Source of the DNA: Candidatus Curtissbacteria bacterium RIFCSPHIGHO2_01_FULL_41_11
GTDB taxonomy: Bacteria > Patescibacteriota > Microgenomatia > Curtissbacterales > GWA2-41-24
Assembly: GCA_001776335.1 (NCBI GenBank)
Contig: MFAZ01000043.1
Location: 3,984 to 67,983 of the forward strand
Direction of reading: 5' to 3'
Length of the DNA stretch: 64,000 nucleotides
Shown: positions 1 through 9,269 of the stretch, piece after piece
Position numbering within the stretch: position 1 is the stretch's first letter
How the letters are laid out: the number at the start of each line of letters is the position of its first letter
The notes under the pieces: model-generated
Seen by the model: the letters and a program-made list of their open reading frames with translations, nothing else
Told to the model about the DNA's origin: nothing
The model's database searches: none
Translations under genes and position numbers: made by a program

Positions 1-1013
1 ATAAATATGGTTGCAGGTAAAAGAACAACAAGTACCATTAGGTTTTTGTTGATTGCAATTTGGTTCGATGTCAGATAAACCGTCCCTAGCGCAAAAAACC
101 CAATTGCAAACTCGCAAAATGCAAAGGCCAGGAAGTTACTTTTTATGATTTTTGCATAATTTTTATAAAATAAACTTCCTATAGCTATTCCCAATAAATA
201 AAGCGCCAAAATTTCACTAAAGGCGTAGACCACGGTTCCTACGGTCGGAGTTAATATTCGTGTCCAAAGGACTTCGTAGGCTATTGAGATCAGACCCGAA
301 AGTGAGAATGCCAAAATTACGGTGGAAGTTTTTGGTGTTAATAATTTTAAAAAGTCTGTTTGTGAATTTATTTTGATTGTGGATTTAATTTCCGGTACTT
401 TTATAGTCTTTGCAACTGCGCCTATTAAAAAATTAATCAAAGCCGCAAAAATTAATGTGGTTTTCAGTCCGAATAACTCAATTAAGATAAAGGCGCTTAG
501 AAGTACGCCCAGGACCGCTCCAAATGTATTGACTGCGTAAAGAATGCTAACTGCGTTTTGGGGGCGGTTTTTTAAAAGATTTAGATGTTTGGTTAAAGTG
601 GGTAGTGTTGCTCCCATTAAAAAAGTCGGAATAATTAAAACCAGGATTGTGAAGAGGAATTTGATAAAAAGTAAAACAAAATCCTGCGAACTTCCATCAG
701 AAAACAGAGCATAAATATTTTTGATTTGGGGAATTAAAAATAGGGTTAGAAGGCTGAATAAACCTATTAAAATTTCTAAGTTAGAATAAACTTTCAGGAG
801 CTTTTTACCATTTGAGTTGTCTACAAATTTGCCAAAAGTGAGACTGCCAATTGCAAGTCCACCTAAAAATGCGGCGATGACAGCAACTATGGAGTTTGTA
901 GTCGAACCAAAAATTAAAACTAAATAACGTATCCAAACTATTTCGTAGATAAGACCAGCAGCTCCTGACAGAAAAAATAAAAGGTAGATTATTTTTGGAG
1001 ACCTAGGTTGCAT
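1..1013 (-). CDS. Fused MFS-like membrane domain/spermidine synthase family protein, 5' part (runs off the window)
   Basis: Hand translation from ATG at 1013: MQPRSPKIIYLLFFLSGAAGLIYEIVWIRYLVLIFGSTTNSIVAVIAAFLGGLAIGS, the typical N-terminus of this family. Absent from the ORF track because it is truncated by the window edge. Confidence 0.8.
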   Translation of the reverse strand, partial: MQPRSPKIIYLLFFLSGAAGLIYEIVWIRYLVLIFGSTTNSIVAVIAAFLGGLAIGSLTFGKFVDNSNGKKLLKVYSNLEILIGLFSLLTLFLIPQIKNIYALFSDGSSQDFVLLFIKFLFTILVLIIPTFLMGATLPTLTKHLNLLKNRPQNAVSILYAVNTFGAVLGVLLSAFILIELFGLKTTLIFAALINFLIGAVAKTIKVPEIKSTIKINSQTDFLKLLTPKTSTVILAFSLSGLISIAYEVLWTRILTPTVGTVVYAFSEILALYLLGIAIGSLFYKNYAKIIKSNFLAFAFCEFAIGFFALGTVYLTSNQIAINKNLMVLVVLLPATIF

Positions 1014-1055
1014 TACGTAATTCTGCTTTTTGATAAACTTCCGAGTTTACATGAG

Positions 1056-1147
1056 CGAGTAGATACTTCAGTCCCCCGAAGTATGTATTCGTTCTTTCGC
1101 ATTCATCCGAGGACTAACAGTCCTGGGTGTTCTGCGAGCAAATATAA
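1056..1147 (-). repeat. Two-hairpin dispersed element, copy A (resembles IS200/IS605-family end)
   Basis: Minus strand TTATATTTGCTCGCAGAACACCCAGGACTGTTAGTCCTCGGATGAATGCG...CGAATACATACTTCGGGGG aligns with + strand 27749-27842, with compensatory stem changes. Confidence 0.75.
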
Positions 1148-1201
1148 ACTTCACTAAACCGAATACAGCTATACATTAGCCTGAAGTAATCTTCAATGAA
1201 T

Positions 1202-1966
1202 TTAGCTATGCTCCACTAAAGTGACTGTGATATAAACAACGATTATACCAAGAACCACTAAAAAACTTTCAATAGCCGCAAAACCCTTTCTTTTTTCATG
1301 ATGAATCTCCGGAATTAAATCCGAAGATGCAATATAAATAAAAAATCCAGCAGTTAGAGCAATGAATATAGGCAGATAGCCTGCCAAAATATCTCCTAAG
1401 ATATAAGTACCCACCGCACCAATAAATGCTACAGCAGCACTGGTAATATTGACCAAAATTATTTTCTTCCTCGAAAGTCCTTTATGAAGCATAAGACCAA
1501 AATCTCCAACTTCCTGGGGCAACTCGTGGGCTAAAACCGCCAGAGCAGTTACAATGCCGAGAGGTATATTTACTGTAAAAGTAGCGGCAATAATGACACC
1601 ATCTATAAAATTATGCATAGTATCACTGATAATAATTAAGGGCAGTGTGGATTTAGAATCATTATCTTCTTCGTGATACTGCTCATGGTGGTGAAACCAA
1701 TGAATAGAACGCTCCAAGAAAAAAAATAAAACCAAACCCGCAAGCGTCCAAAAAAAGATATCTATTTTTGCTTTTTCTCCTTGCTGAAGTGCCTCCGGCA
1801 AAAGATCAAAAAACGCTGTCCCAAGCAAAACTCCGGCAGCAAAAGAAGCAAGAAAATGAGAAATTTTAAGTGCAAGTTTTTCGCGGGAAAGCAAAATAAT
1901 TCCCCCGGCAAGAGCAATAATACTTCCTATAAAAGTAAACAATAAAATGTATGCTAAAGTTGACAT
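1202..1966 (-). CDS. ZIP family metal (Zn) transporter
   Basis: His-rich loop HHHEQYHE, HNFIDG and HELPQEVGDF motifs, multiple TM helices. Confidence 0.93.
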   Translation of the reverse strand: MSTLAYILLFTFIGSIIALAGGIILLSREKLALKISHFLASFAAGVLLGTAFFDLLPEALQQGEKAKIDIFFWTLAGLVLFFFLERSIHWFHHHEQYHEEDNDSKSTLPLIIISDTMHNFIDGVIIAATFTVNIPLGIVTALAVLAHELPQEVGDFGLMLHKGLSRKKIILVNITSAAVAFIGAVGTYILGDILAGYLPIFIALTAGFFIYIASSDLIPEIHHEKRKGFAAIESFLVVLGIIVVYITVTLVEHS

Positions 1967-2125
1967 TTTTTACGGAGTCCAGATAATTCCAAACTGTGAC
2001 ATTTTGGAGGTTTTGAATCCATATTTTTCAACTAAAGTATATCATTATTGATATCCTTTAGCCTGGAATACTAAGAAACTGCATTTGTTGCAAGAAGAAT
2101 TGGAAGAAAAATCACGATCTGCAAC

Positions 2126-2245
2126 TTAAGCTATTTTTCCATTCATATATTTAGTAACTATATCTGTAAGAATTCCTTTATCTAGCTGAAAGAAGTCAAA
2201 GTGTTCGAATAAAGGTTTAGTAAACTTTTCTACAATTTCTACTGG
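2126..2245 (-). pseudogene. Orphan 3' gene fragment (39 codons plus TAA, no start codon)
   Basis: Reads PVEIVEKFTKPLFEHFDFFQLDKGILTDIVTKYMNGKIA*. Its 5' side abuts the palindrome at 2247. Confidence 0.5.
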
Positions 2246-2246
2246 G

Positions 2247-2294
2247 GCCTGCCGGCAGGCAAGGCCGAGGGCTTTAGTGCCCTCGGAAGTTTAT
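2247..2294. repeat. GCCTGCCGGCAGGC palindrome plus IS605-end-like hairpin
   Basis: Perfect palindrome 2247-2260 (same family as 31475-31494). Hairpin CCGAGGGC-TTTAGT-GCCCTCGG at 2265-2286, followed by AAGTTTA. Confidence 0.7.
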
Positions 2295-2313
2295 GAAATG
2301 GCCGATCTAATCT

Positions 2314-3741
2314 TTACAGCCCCGTGGTAAGAGGCTGGGATAGAATCCAAAGACCAAGAGTGGTGTAAATTACCATTAATGCCAGCATTGGGAATTGACT
2401 TATCAGGGCCTTTTGCCCAGAAGGGTAAATCTTTAAGGAAACTAAATGTGCAAGGAAGACGGCAACGACGTGCCCCAAAAGAATGACCAAAACTTGAGAG
2501 TGCCATACAAAATTGGCGCCAACGATTCCGATATTTGGTGTAAAGTTAGCAGTCTTAAATAGATTCCAGCCGAATCCAAATGGATCCGAAACCAAACGAA
2601 TAATATTTTGACCTTCAGTTAAAAGTAGTGTGTAATAGTGGGCGATATTATATACCAGAGCAATCGGAATCAAGGAGAAGGCAAATTCCCTAGCAAGTTC
2701 TAAAATAGTCTGCCTAGTACCAGTGATTACTTTCGCTATTGCAATGAGTATCAAATAGATGTACAGGAATATTATAGGTGCTGCTGCAAGACCAAGTGTT
2801 TTAACTACTTGAAATGTTAAAAGCGAATTTTCTCCAAGAAGACTTCCAATTACAGTCTCTAAGCGGTAAGAAAGTCTCAACCAAGGGAGAGTCGAGCTGA
2901 AACCATCAAAGGCGGTCGAGGAAAGCATAAAGAGGATAAATACTAAAAGGCTGAAATGTTTTGTCTTGTCTTTTGCTAAACCCACAAAAGGGGGCCTGAG
3001 ATAAATTTTCCCTGAATCGACCTCGACTGGTGCGACTTTGGCAATTAAGCCAAAGAAGACACTGAAGAATTCACAATAAGAAAACCAATTTTTCTTGCCA
3101 AATGCAATGGCTCCTGTCAGGTTTATAAGAGTATATTGTATGATCAAAAGCGAAAGTTTCGCAGGTGTTGTACCACCAGCCAATTCCCACCAAATCAATA
3201 AAAAATAAATAATAAGAGCTGGCCAGTAGCTTAACTTCCGAGGATAGCTAAAAATTCCTCGTGTTTGCTGGCCTGTTAACTTCTCGCCAAGCTCAACTAG
3301 TACCCTCCAAGGATTGATAATCGACCAAAGATTGCCAAGAAGTGCCGTCAGGTAGGTAAAGCCTAGCAGGAAAACAATCCAGAAGAAAGTCATATTGAAA
3401 TTTGAGTAGGCGTCGTCAATGCCCCAAATGCCAGTAAGAACGGTTAAGAAAAAGAAAAAAAGGCTGATTGTTTTTAGTCCTTTAATAAACCAGCTTTTGA
3501 ACATCAGCCCGGATATTTCTTGAGATATTTCGAGTTTAGGGTAATTAATCTCTCTTTTGTGCTGATTGAAAAAATAGCCAATAATCAGAAAAGAAACAAT
3601 AAGAGCAGCTGCCGCCCCATACAAATAAAGCCAAAAGGGAACGGGTAAATTATAGAGTTGACCAAAGGCGTGGGCAAAGGTTGGTTTGGGAAAAATGAGA
3701 AGACTAATAAAGACGGCTATAAACGCGCCGACCCTCTTCAT
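2314..3741 (-). CDS. Polytopic membrane protein (HAFGQ.Y.LP.P N-terminus; similar to proteins often labelled fenitrothion hydrolase-like)
   Basis: 475 aa, signal-like N-terminus, about 12 hydrophobic segments, conserved-looking AHY and GHV motifs. Translationally coupled to the cupredoxin gene. Confidence 0.7.
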   Translation of the reverse strand: MKRVGAFIAVFISLLIFPKPTFAHAFGQLYNLPVPFWLYLYGAAAALIVSFLIIGYFFNQHKREINYPKLEISQEISGLMFKSWFIKGLKTISLFFFFLTVLTGIWGIDDAYSNFNMTFFWIVFLLGFTYLTALLGNLWSIINPWRVLVELGEKLTGQQTRGIFSYPRKLSYWPALIIYFLLIWWELAGGTTPAKLSLLIIQYTLINLTGAIAFGKKNWFSYCEFFSVFFGLIAKVAPVEVDSGKIYLRPPFVGLAKDKTKHFSLLVFILFMLSSTAFDGFSSTLPWLRLSYRLETVIGSLLGENSLLTFQVVKTLGLAAAPIIFLYIYLILIAIAKVITGTRQTILELAREFAFSLIPIALVYNIAHYYTLLLTEGQNIIRLVSDPFGFGWNLFKTANFTPNIGIVGANFVWHSQVLVILLGHVVAVFLAHLVSLKIYPSGQKALISQFPMLALMVIYTTLGLWILSQPLTTGL

Positions 3742-4157
3742 TATTTTGGTGAAACTTCAATTGCGCCTAAGTCGATTTTCGATTCTTCCAGTTCAAAAAT
3801 AAATCTTCCCGTTGAATTAGCGGTAAATTTAAGCTCTTTTGGATTATCTTTTTCTAAATCAACGAATTCGTCATAGCCATGAACATGAAACTCTTCGGGC
3901 TCATCGGTCGTTATCCTGATTACAATTTCGTCCCCTTCGGTTATTTTGATCGTTTCCGGACCAGATACCAGTTTTTTGTCTGCAATAACCAACTCAAAAG
4001 TTTTAACTGTAGATTCTGGGGATGGACTTTGAATCGTGGTAGAAGTTTGAGCCTGACCTGGAGTATTCTCTATTTGCTTTTTTGGTTTGAACATGAAAAA
4101 GAGACCTGCAAGTATTGCAACAGTTAAAACTAGATAAATTATTGGGTTAATCTTCAT
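3741..4157 (-). CDS. Membrane-anchored cupredoxin-fold protein
   Basis: N-terminal TM helix, then P.TI.I.EGD.I.I...D..EEFHVHGYD...F.A..TGRF, a cupredoxin-like pattern. Confidence 0.75.
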   Translation of the reverse strand: MKINPIIYLVLTVAILAGLFFMFKPKKQIENTPGQAQTSTTIQSPSPESTVKTFELVIADKKLVSGPETIKITEGDEIVIRITTDEPEEFHVHGYDEFVDLEKDNPKELKFTANSTGRFIFELEESKIDLGAIEVSPK

Positions 4158-4216
4158 AAACTTTTAAATTTATACACTAAATACTCACAATTGTCTAGAA
4201 ATTTGTGGTAGTTTTT

Positions 4217-4258
4217 TTATGATTCAGTCTGTGGCCTGTACTGCAGCGCCTCTGCAAC
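4217..4258 (-). pseudogene. Relic diverged copy of the comM 3' end
   Basis: Encodes VAEALQYRPQTES* versus the live comM end VAESLQYRPNDNN*. Confidence 0.85.
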
Positions 4259-4278
4259 CATTCGATTACTCTCATGGT
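4257..4278. repeat. REP-like imperfect palindrome (CCTTCG..CTCAGG family)
   Basis: ACCATTCGATTACTCTCATGGT. Relatives at 25413, 51402, 53361, 54041, 55430 and 55529. Confidence 0.7.
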
Positions 4279-4289
4279 CTTAGAATCCC

Positions 4290-5828
4290 TTAATTATTAT
4301 CATTTGGGCGATATTGGAGGGATTCTGCGACATGATTTGATTTGATTTTGACGGAATCTTCCAGGTCGGCAATAGTTCTTGCAATTTTAATGACTCTATG
4401 AAATGCCCGTGCTGATAAGTTGAGTTTTGTAATTGCTTGTTTTAAAAGCAATATTGATTGCTCGTCTAAATTGCAAAACTGTTTAAGTTGCTTGTTGTTC
4501 ATTTCTGCATTTGATGTAATCTTTTGACCTTTGAATCTTTTAAGCTGAATGTCTCTGGCTCTCTGGACTCGTTTTTGGATTGTTGCTGATGATTCCGACT
4601 TAAATGCTAGAGTGAGTTTATCCGGACGCACCATGGGGACTGATATGTGCATGTCGATCCTGTCCAAAATTGGACCGGAAATTCTTTTTTGATAACGTGT
4701 AATTGCCGAGGGTGTGCAGGTGCAATTCCTGGTTTCGTCTCCAAAATAACCGCAGGGACATGGATTCGCTGCAGCAACTAAAGAAAAGCGGCATGGAAAT
4801 TTTACCGAACCGGCAGCACGTGAGATGGTAATATGACCATCTTCCATTGGTTGGCGAAGTGCCTCCAAAACTTGTCTGGGAAATTCGGGGAATTCATCAA
4901 GAAATAAAACTCCCCGATGTGCCAAGGAAATTTCTCCGGGTCTTGGAATATTGCCTCCTCCAATTAGACCAATATGACTTGTTGTGTGATGAGGACTACG
5001 AAAAGGTCTCGATGTGATTATGGGGTTGTCTGATGATAGAAGATTGGCGACTGAATAAATTTTGGTTACCTCTAAACTTTCTTCGAAGGAGAGAATTGGC
5101 AGGATCGTAGCATAACTTCTAGCCATTAAAGTTTTGCCGGCTCCAGGCGGACCTTTCATCAGAACGTTGTGGCCCCCAGCTGCTGAAATTTCAAGTGCAC
5201 GTTTAGCGCTTTCCTGGCCTTTGATATTTTCGAAATTATATTCACCGTCTTCGATGTTGGTATATTTTTGTTTCTTAAATTTTGCGGGACTTATGGATTT
5301 TGGCTCTGTTTGATTTAATGTTGAAAAGTGGTCGAAGAGTTGTTTAAGAGATTTAACAGGGAAAATTTTTATCTTGTCTACAGTTTGAGCTTCTTCCAGA
5401 TTGTCTTCGGGAATGAAAAGATTTTTAAACTTTTTGTCCCTTGCAGTTATTGCGCAAGGCAAAACTCCCCAAATTCTACGAAGAGAACCATCGAGAGAAA
5501 GTTCTCCTAAGAATATGGAGTCTGACAAATCGGGGTTCTGTAATTGCTCCGAAGCGACGAGTATCCCAAGTGCCATCGGAAGGTCGTAAGCGGGACCTTC
5601 TTTGGGAAGATCGGCGGGTGCCAGGTTGACTGTTATTCTTTTTGGAGGCATGTCGGCGCCGGAGTTTTTTAGCGCTGCGCGAACCCTTTCTTTGGATTCT
5701 TCTACTGCTTTGTCTGGAAGACCAACTATGGTAAAACTTGGGAGACCTTGCGCGGCAATATCAATTTCCACGGTTATCGGAACCGCATCAAGACCAACAA
5801 CTGCAGCCGAGGTAATTTTAGCAAGCAT
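4290..5828 (-). CDS. comM: ComM/YifB Mg-chelatase-like AAA+ ATPase
   Basis: IVGLPDKAVEESKERV, Walker A GPPGAGKT, PGEISLAHRGVLFLDE, NPCPCG. Confidence 0.96.
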   Translation of the reverse strand: MLAKITSAAVVGLDAVPITVEIDIAAQGLPSFTIVGLPDKAVEESKERVRAALKNSGADMPPKRITVNLAPADLPKEGPAYDLPMALGILVASEQLQNPDLSDSIFLGELSLDGSLRRIWGVLPCAITARDKKFKNLFIPEDNLEEAQTVDKIKIFPVKSLKQLFDHFSTLNQTEPKSISPAKFKKQKYTNIEDGEYNFENIKGQESAKRALEISAAGGHNVLMKGPPGAGKTLMARSYATILPILSFEESLEVTKIYSVANLLSSDNPIITSRPFRSPHHTTSHIGLIGGGNIPRPGEISLAHRGVLFLDEFPEFPRQVLEALRQPMEDGHITISRAAGSVKFPCRFSLVAAANPCPCGYFGDETRNCTCTPSAITRYQKRISGPILDRIDMHISVPMVRPDKLTLAFKSESSATIQKRVQRARDIQLKRFKGQKITSNAEMNNKQLKQFCNLDEQSILLLKQAITKLNLSARAFHRVIKIARTIADLEDSVKIKSNHVAESLQYRPNDNN

Positions 5829-5830
5829 TT

Positions 5831-6433
5831 TTAAGCTTTAGGATAGGCGATAACTATTAGACGTTTTTCGTCGAAGTTACCATCACATGTATAAACAGTC
5901 AGTTGATCTCTTGGAGAGATTATTGAATCGACATCTTGAGGTGTGACTTTTCTTTTTTCCGAAACAAGGTACGTGTATACCTTGTCTTTTGTTTTAACAT
6001 TTATCTCTGCCCCCACACTGATGTTTGCTAAATTCCCTAAAACGTTAGTCCTGTTGTGCCCATACAAAATAACATTACCTGAACCTGGTACTTCTGACGT
6101 AGAAAGCCATGAAACGCGAGTATCGGAGAGAGTCCAAACATTATCAACAATCTGACCGGGAGAAATTGGCAGATTAATGTTAACACTTGGGATTGAGATA
6201 AAAGTTGGTGGGGATAATTCTTGTTGTGCGGAGGTGTTTTCGGAATTTTGTGATACGGGTGAGGGCTTGGCAATTTTTGCTGCAAGAGTTTGTTTTTGTT
6301 TGTCTTCACCTAAAAGGTTTTTGACTATTTTTGTGGGGTAAATTTTTATAGCAAGAAGCGCAATGATGGTTGCGCTCATTCCGAAAATTAACAGTTGTAT
6401 GAAGTAATCACTCTTCAGCTTTGCTCCTGGCAA
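5831..6433 (-). CDS. Sortase family protein
   Basis: N-terminal TM; GNVILYGHN (His), LTVYTC (Cys), KRLIVIA (Arg) catalytic triad pattern. Confidence 0.9.
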   Translation of the reverse strand: MPGAKLKSDYFIQLLIFGMSATIIALLAIKIYPTKIVKNLLGEDKQKQTLAAKIAKPSPVSQNSENTSAQQELSPPTFISIPSVNINLPISPGQIVDNVWTLSDTRVSWLSTSEVPGSGNVILYGHNRTNVLGNLANISVGAEINVKTKDKVYTYLVSEKRKVTPQDVDSIISPRDQLTVYTCDGNFDEKRLIVIAYPKA

Positions 6434-6770
6434 TTTTTAAACCAATCAGAAAAGCAAGTAATCCAACTCCAAGTGCTATCACCCATTTTGCTATTTCTTT
6501 ATTGTTGCTCGTTTCTCCGAGAGTCGTCGTTTCACCGAGTACTTCCTGCTTGGTGGTGCCGCCTGCGGCTGCAGAACTTGATGAGGGAGTTTCAGATGGC
6601 GAAGGTGTGTCGGTGGGTGAAGGACTTGGCGAGGCTGAAGGGTCTGTGGATGGGGAGGGGCTTACGCTCGGGCTTGAGCTGGGGTCGGTTTGGGCAAAAG
6701 CGGTAACAGCTCCAGCAAATATTAAAGCGCAGGATGTGGCTAGCGCTAAGGCAGCTTTCCTTAATATCAT
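6408..6770 (-). CDS. Small Ser/Pro/Thr-rich surface protein, probable sortase substrate
   Basis: Signal peptide (AFA|Q), (SP)n linker, EVLGETTTLGETS, TM helix, basic tail KIARSK. Overlaps the sortase gene. Confidence 0.75.
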   Translation of the reverse strand: MILRKAALALATSCALIFAGAVTAFAQTDPSSSPSVSPSPSTDPSASPSPSPTDTPSPSETPSSSSAAAGGTTKQEVLGETTTLGETSNNKEIAKWVIALGVGLLAFLIGLKIARSKAEE

Positions 6771-6823
6771 GCAATATCTAGATTATCTAAAAACAGGCTA
6801 AAATTGCAATACCCAAGATTTTT

Positions 6824-7657
6824 TCACTTTTTTGACTTTCTCCAACCGGCGGCTTGAGCGTCTTCTTCCGTGCAAAACCATCGTTCTCCCTGTGATTGGT
6901 CAATTTGGGTTTTGTTGTAATAATATTGTCCAGGCATATGATAAATTTTACCATTTGAGCTTATATTCCCTTTGACTATGCAATTTGCATCCGGGGGCTG
7001 CTGATTCTGAAAGGTTTGAACCGGTGCTTTATAAGATGAGTTGCAGGCTGACCACAATCCTAACTTATTCTGCTCCGCCTCTTGTTGAGCCTGCAGGAGT
7101 TGATTTTGATACTTTATGTCTGGCGGATAAGAGCTTGAGGTGGCATATCCCTGGCGCACAAGAAGATCGTTGACCATAACACCTTCAATATAAACATACC
7201 TCAGGAGTCTTCCATATTTGTCTGTTTCGGATACATCCTTCTCTAAAGTGACATTTTTACCTTCTACCAATTCCTTGTTTTTGCTTGCGGCTTCTTGCCC
7301 AAAACATTGCACAGTTTCCCGTGGATCTACGGTTTCTGGTGTATCAATTCCAATGTATCTGACTCTTTGGCCTCCTTCCCCTCCAGAGACGGGTCCGCCT
7401 ATGGCGGAGATTTCTATTGTGTCACCATCTATTACTCTGATTACTTTAAATATTTGTTCGGTAGTTGTTTCGGTAGTTGTTTTGAGTATTGTCGGACTTT
7501 GCTGATTTGAAGTTTTTGCACCTTGGGTTTTTTCTCCATCAATTTTAATACTTGTTGAAACGGGTTTTTTGAAATTTAAAGAAAAAACAGAATAGGAAAA
7601 TACAAGAGCTAATAGGGCGACGAGTGATATTAAAGAGTACTTAAATTTCGGAGGCAA
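6824..7657 (-). CDS. Thermonuclease (SNase) family protein with C-terminal KGNIS..IYH..G..WFC domain
   Basis: RVIDGDT, VRYIGIDTPE, DKYGRLLRYV motifs. Carries an in-frame 30-nt palindrome insertion at 7379-7408. Confidence 0.92.
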   Translation of the reverse strand: MPPKFKYSLISLVALLALVFSYSVFSLNFKKPVSTSIKIDGEKTQGAKTSNQQSPTILKTTTETTTEQIFKVIRVIDGDTIEISAIGGPVSGGEGGQRVRYIGIDTPETVDPRETVQCFGQEAASKNKELVEGKNVTLEKDVSETDKYGRLLRYVYIEGVMVNDLLVRQGYATSSSYPPDIKYQNQLLQAQQEAEQNKLGLWSACNSSYKAPVQTFQNQQPPDANCIVKGNISSNGKIYHMPGQYYYNKTQIDQSQGERWFCTEEDAQAAGWRKSKK

Positions 7658-7658
7658 C

Positions 7659-8063
7659 TCAATCTTTTCTTTCTTTGACTAAAAAACCGCGCATGGTTTT
7701 TGTTGCGAAATAGAAAGCAAATAAAAAGAGGGCCGCAAGTGTTTGATTGATTAGAAAGAAGAAAAAATCATCAGCCGAGGAGAATGTCAAAACAGCATAA
7801 TATTCAAAAACTATAAAGCCTATTGACGATGTTACAACATCGACAAAGCTGAGCCATTTTTGTGCAGGATTTGTGAGACCAGCGACAAAAACCAGTGCCA
7901 GGATCGCAAAAATTGTGACGTAAAACGGAACCGGAATTAAATCCCTTAAAAGCGGCAAGCCCAGAAGCAGAATCGTTCCAGCAAGGAAGAAGAGAAGTCT
8001 CACGATATCCCCGTAATAATGAGGGAACCTGCCAATGCCAAGCAAAGTCTTAAGAGAGGCCAT
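7659..8063 (-). CDS. Hypothetical 4-TM membrane protein
   Basis: 134 aa ORF with four hydrophobic segments; TATCAT lies 6 nt before the ATG. Confidence 0.75.
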   Translation of the reverse strand: MASLKTLLGIGRFPHYYGDIVRLLFFLAGTILLLGLPLLRDLIPVPFYVTIFAILALVFVAGLTNPAQKWLSFVDVVTSSIGFIVFEYYAVLTFSSADDFFFFLINQTLAALFLFAFYFATKTMRGFLVKERKD

Positions 8064-8149
8064 AAATTTATGATATACAATTTAGCTTGTAAGAACAAGG
8101 ATCTCATTTCTTTGCAATTTTAGAACTACTATGTCTATTATTAAAAAGG

Positions 8150-8737
8150 ATGAGTAAAAAAGATTCTCTGCTGTCTGCAGCTGCCGGATTAGGTGTGGCC
8201 GTTTTTTTGGTGCCGACTCTTCTTAATACAAATATTGGAAGCAAGATTCCTCTTTTCCCTTTGTCTCTTTTGGCACTGCCGGTTTTTACTTATGGCGGAA
8301 TGTTCGTTGCAAGTATTATCGGAAGATCCTTTCCAATTCTTTGGCAACTTGCGAAGTTTGCGCTTGTCGGGGTTTTAAATACTGCGATTGATTTCGGAGC
8401 TTTAAACTTTTTGATTGCCAGAACAGGGGTGGTGAGCGGACCGCTCATTATTGCACTCAACGCAACATCATTTTCACTTGCTGTAATTAATAGTTATTTC
8501 TGGAATAAAGGTTGGGTTTTCCCTGAAGGGAAAAAGTCTAATTTTCTGACCTTTTTTGCGGTTACCTTGGTTGGGCTTGCGATAAATTCTGGGGTTGTTT
8601 TCATTCTGACTACTTTTGTTTCTCCCGTATTTGTGACTTCAAGTAAGCTTTGGGCGAATCTTGCGAAGGTACTTGCAACAGGACTTTCTTTGGTTTGGAA
8701 TTTCCTGGGATATCGTCTAATCGTATTTAAGCGTTGA
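8150..8737 (+). CDS. GtrA family protein
   Basis: QLAKFALVGVLNTAIDFG, NSYFWNK.WVF, WNFLGYRLIVFK. Confidence 0.92.
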   Translation: MSKKDSLLSAAAGLGVAVFLVPTLLNTNIGSKIPLFPLSLLALPVFTYGGMFVASIIGRSFPILWQLAKFALVGVLNTAIDFGALNFLIARTGVVSGPLIIALNATSFSLAVINSYFWNKGWVFPEGKKSNFLTFFAVTLVGLAINSGVVFILTTFVSPVFVTSSKLWANLAKVLATGLSLVWNFLGYRLIVFKR

Positions 8738-9269
8738 GGTATTTTTTCAGTTTTTTTAAGGCGAGAGCCCTGTGAGAAATTTTGTTTTTTAATGATGAAG
8801 GCATTTGAGAATAAGTTTTGTTGTACCCCTTAGGAATAAAAACAAAGTCGAACCCAAAACCGGAATTGCCTCTTGCGTGTGGAATAACTTTTCCCCAAAC
8901 CGTTCCTTTGAAAACCTTTAAAGTGCGTCCATCGTAGATTGCGACAGCATCTGTCACCTTAGTTTTTCTACTTCCCTTAACCAATTGGACAGTTTTTTCC
9001 TCGCCTAAAGTTTTAAGGAAAAACTTTACAAACGGACCGGGCAGACCGTTTAATCCTTCAATTTCCAAGCTAACATCGGTAACTAAAACCGGCTTTTTAA
9101 TTTTTTCGTATGCGGCTTTGGCTTTTTCGGTAATTACCTCGTCTAAGTTTAACGACTGGATTTCGGGAATATCTATATTGGAGATTTTATGGTTGGTCCC
9201 CAAAATTGCATTGATTTCGTCAATTTTGCCAGCGTTTGAAGTTACAACTACAAGATCGCTGATTTTCAT
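8727..9269 (-). CDS. rdgB: Non-canonical purine NTP pyrophosphatase (Ham1/RdgB/ITPase)
   Basis: TSNAGK, EIQ, LNGLPGPFVK, FGFD..F, SHR. Confidence 0.93.
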   Translation of the reverse strand: MKISDLVVVTSNAGKIDEINAILGTNHKISNIDIPEIQSLNLDEVITEKAKAAYEKIKKPVLVTDVSLEIEGLNGLPGPFVKFFLKTLGEEKTVQLVKGSRKTKVTDAVAIYDGRTLKVFKGTVWGKVIPHARGNSGFGFDFVFIPKGYNKTYSQMPSSLKNKISHRALALKKLKKYLNA

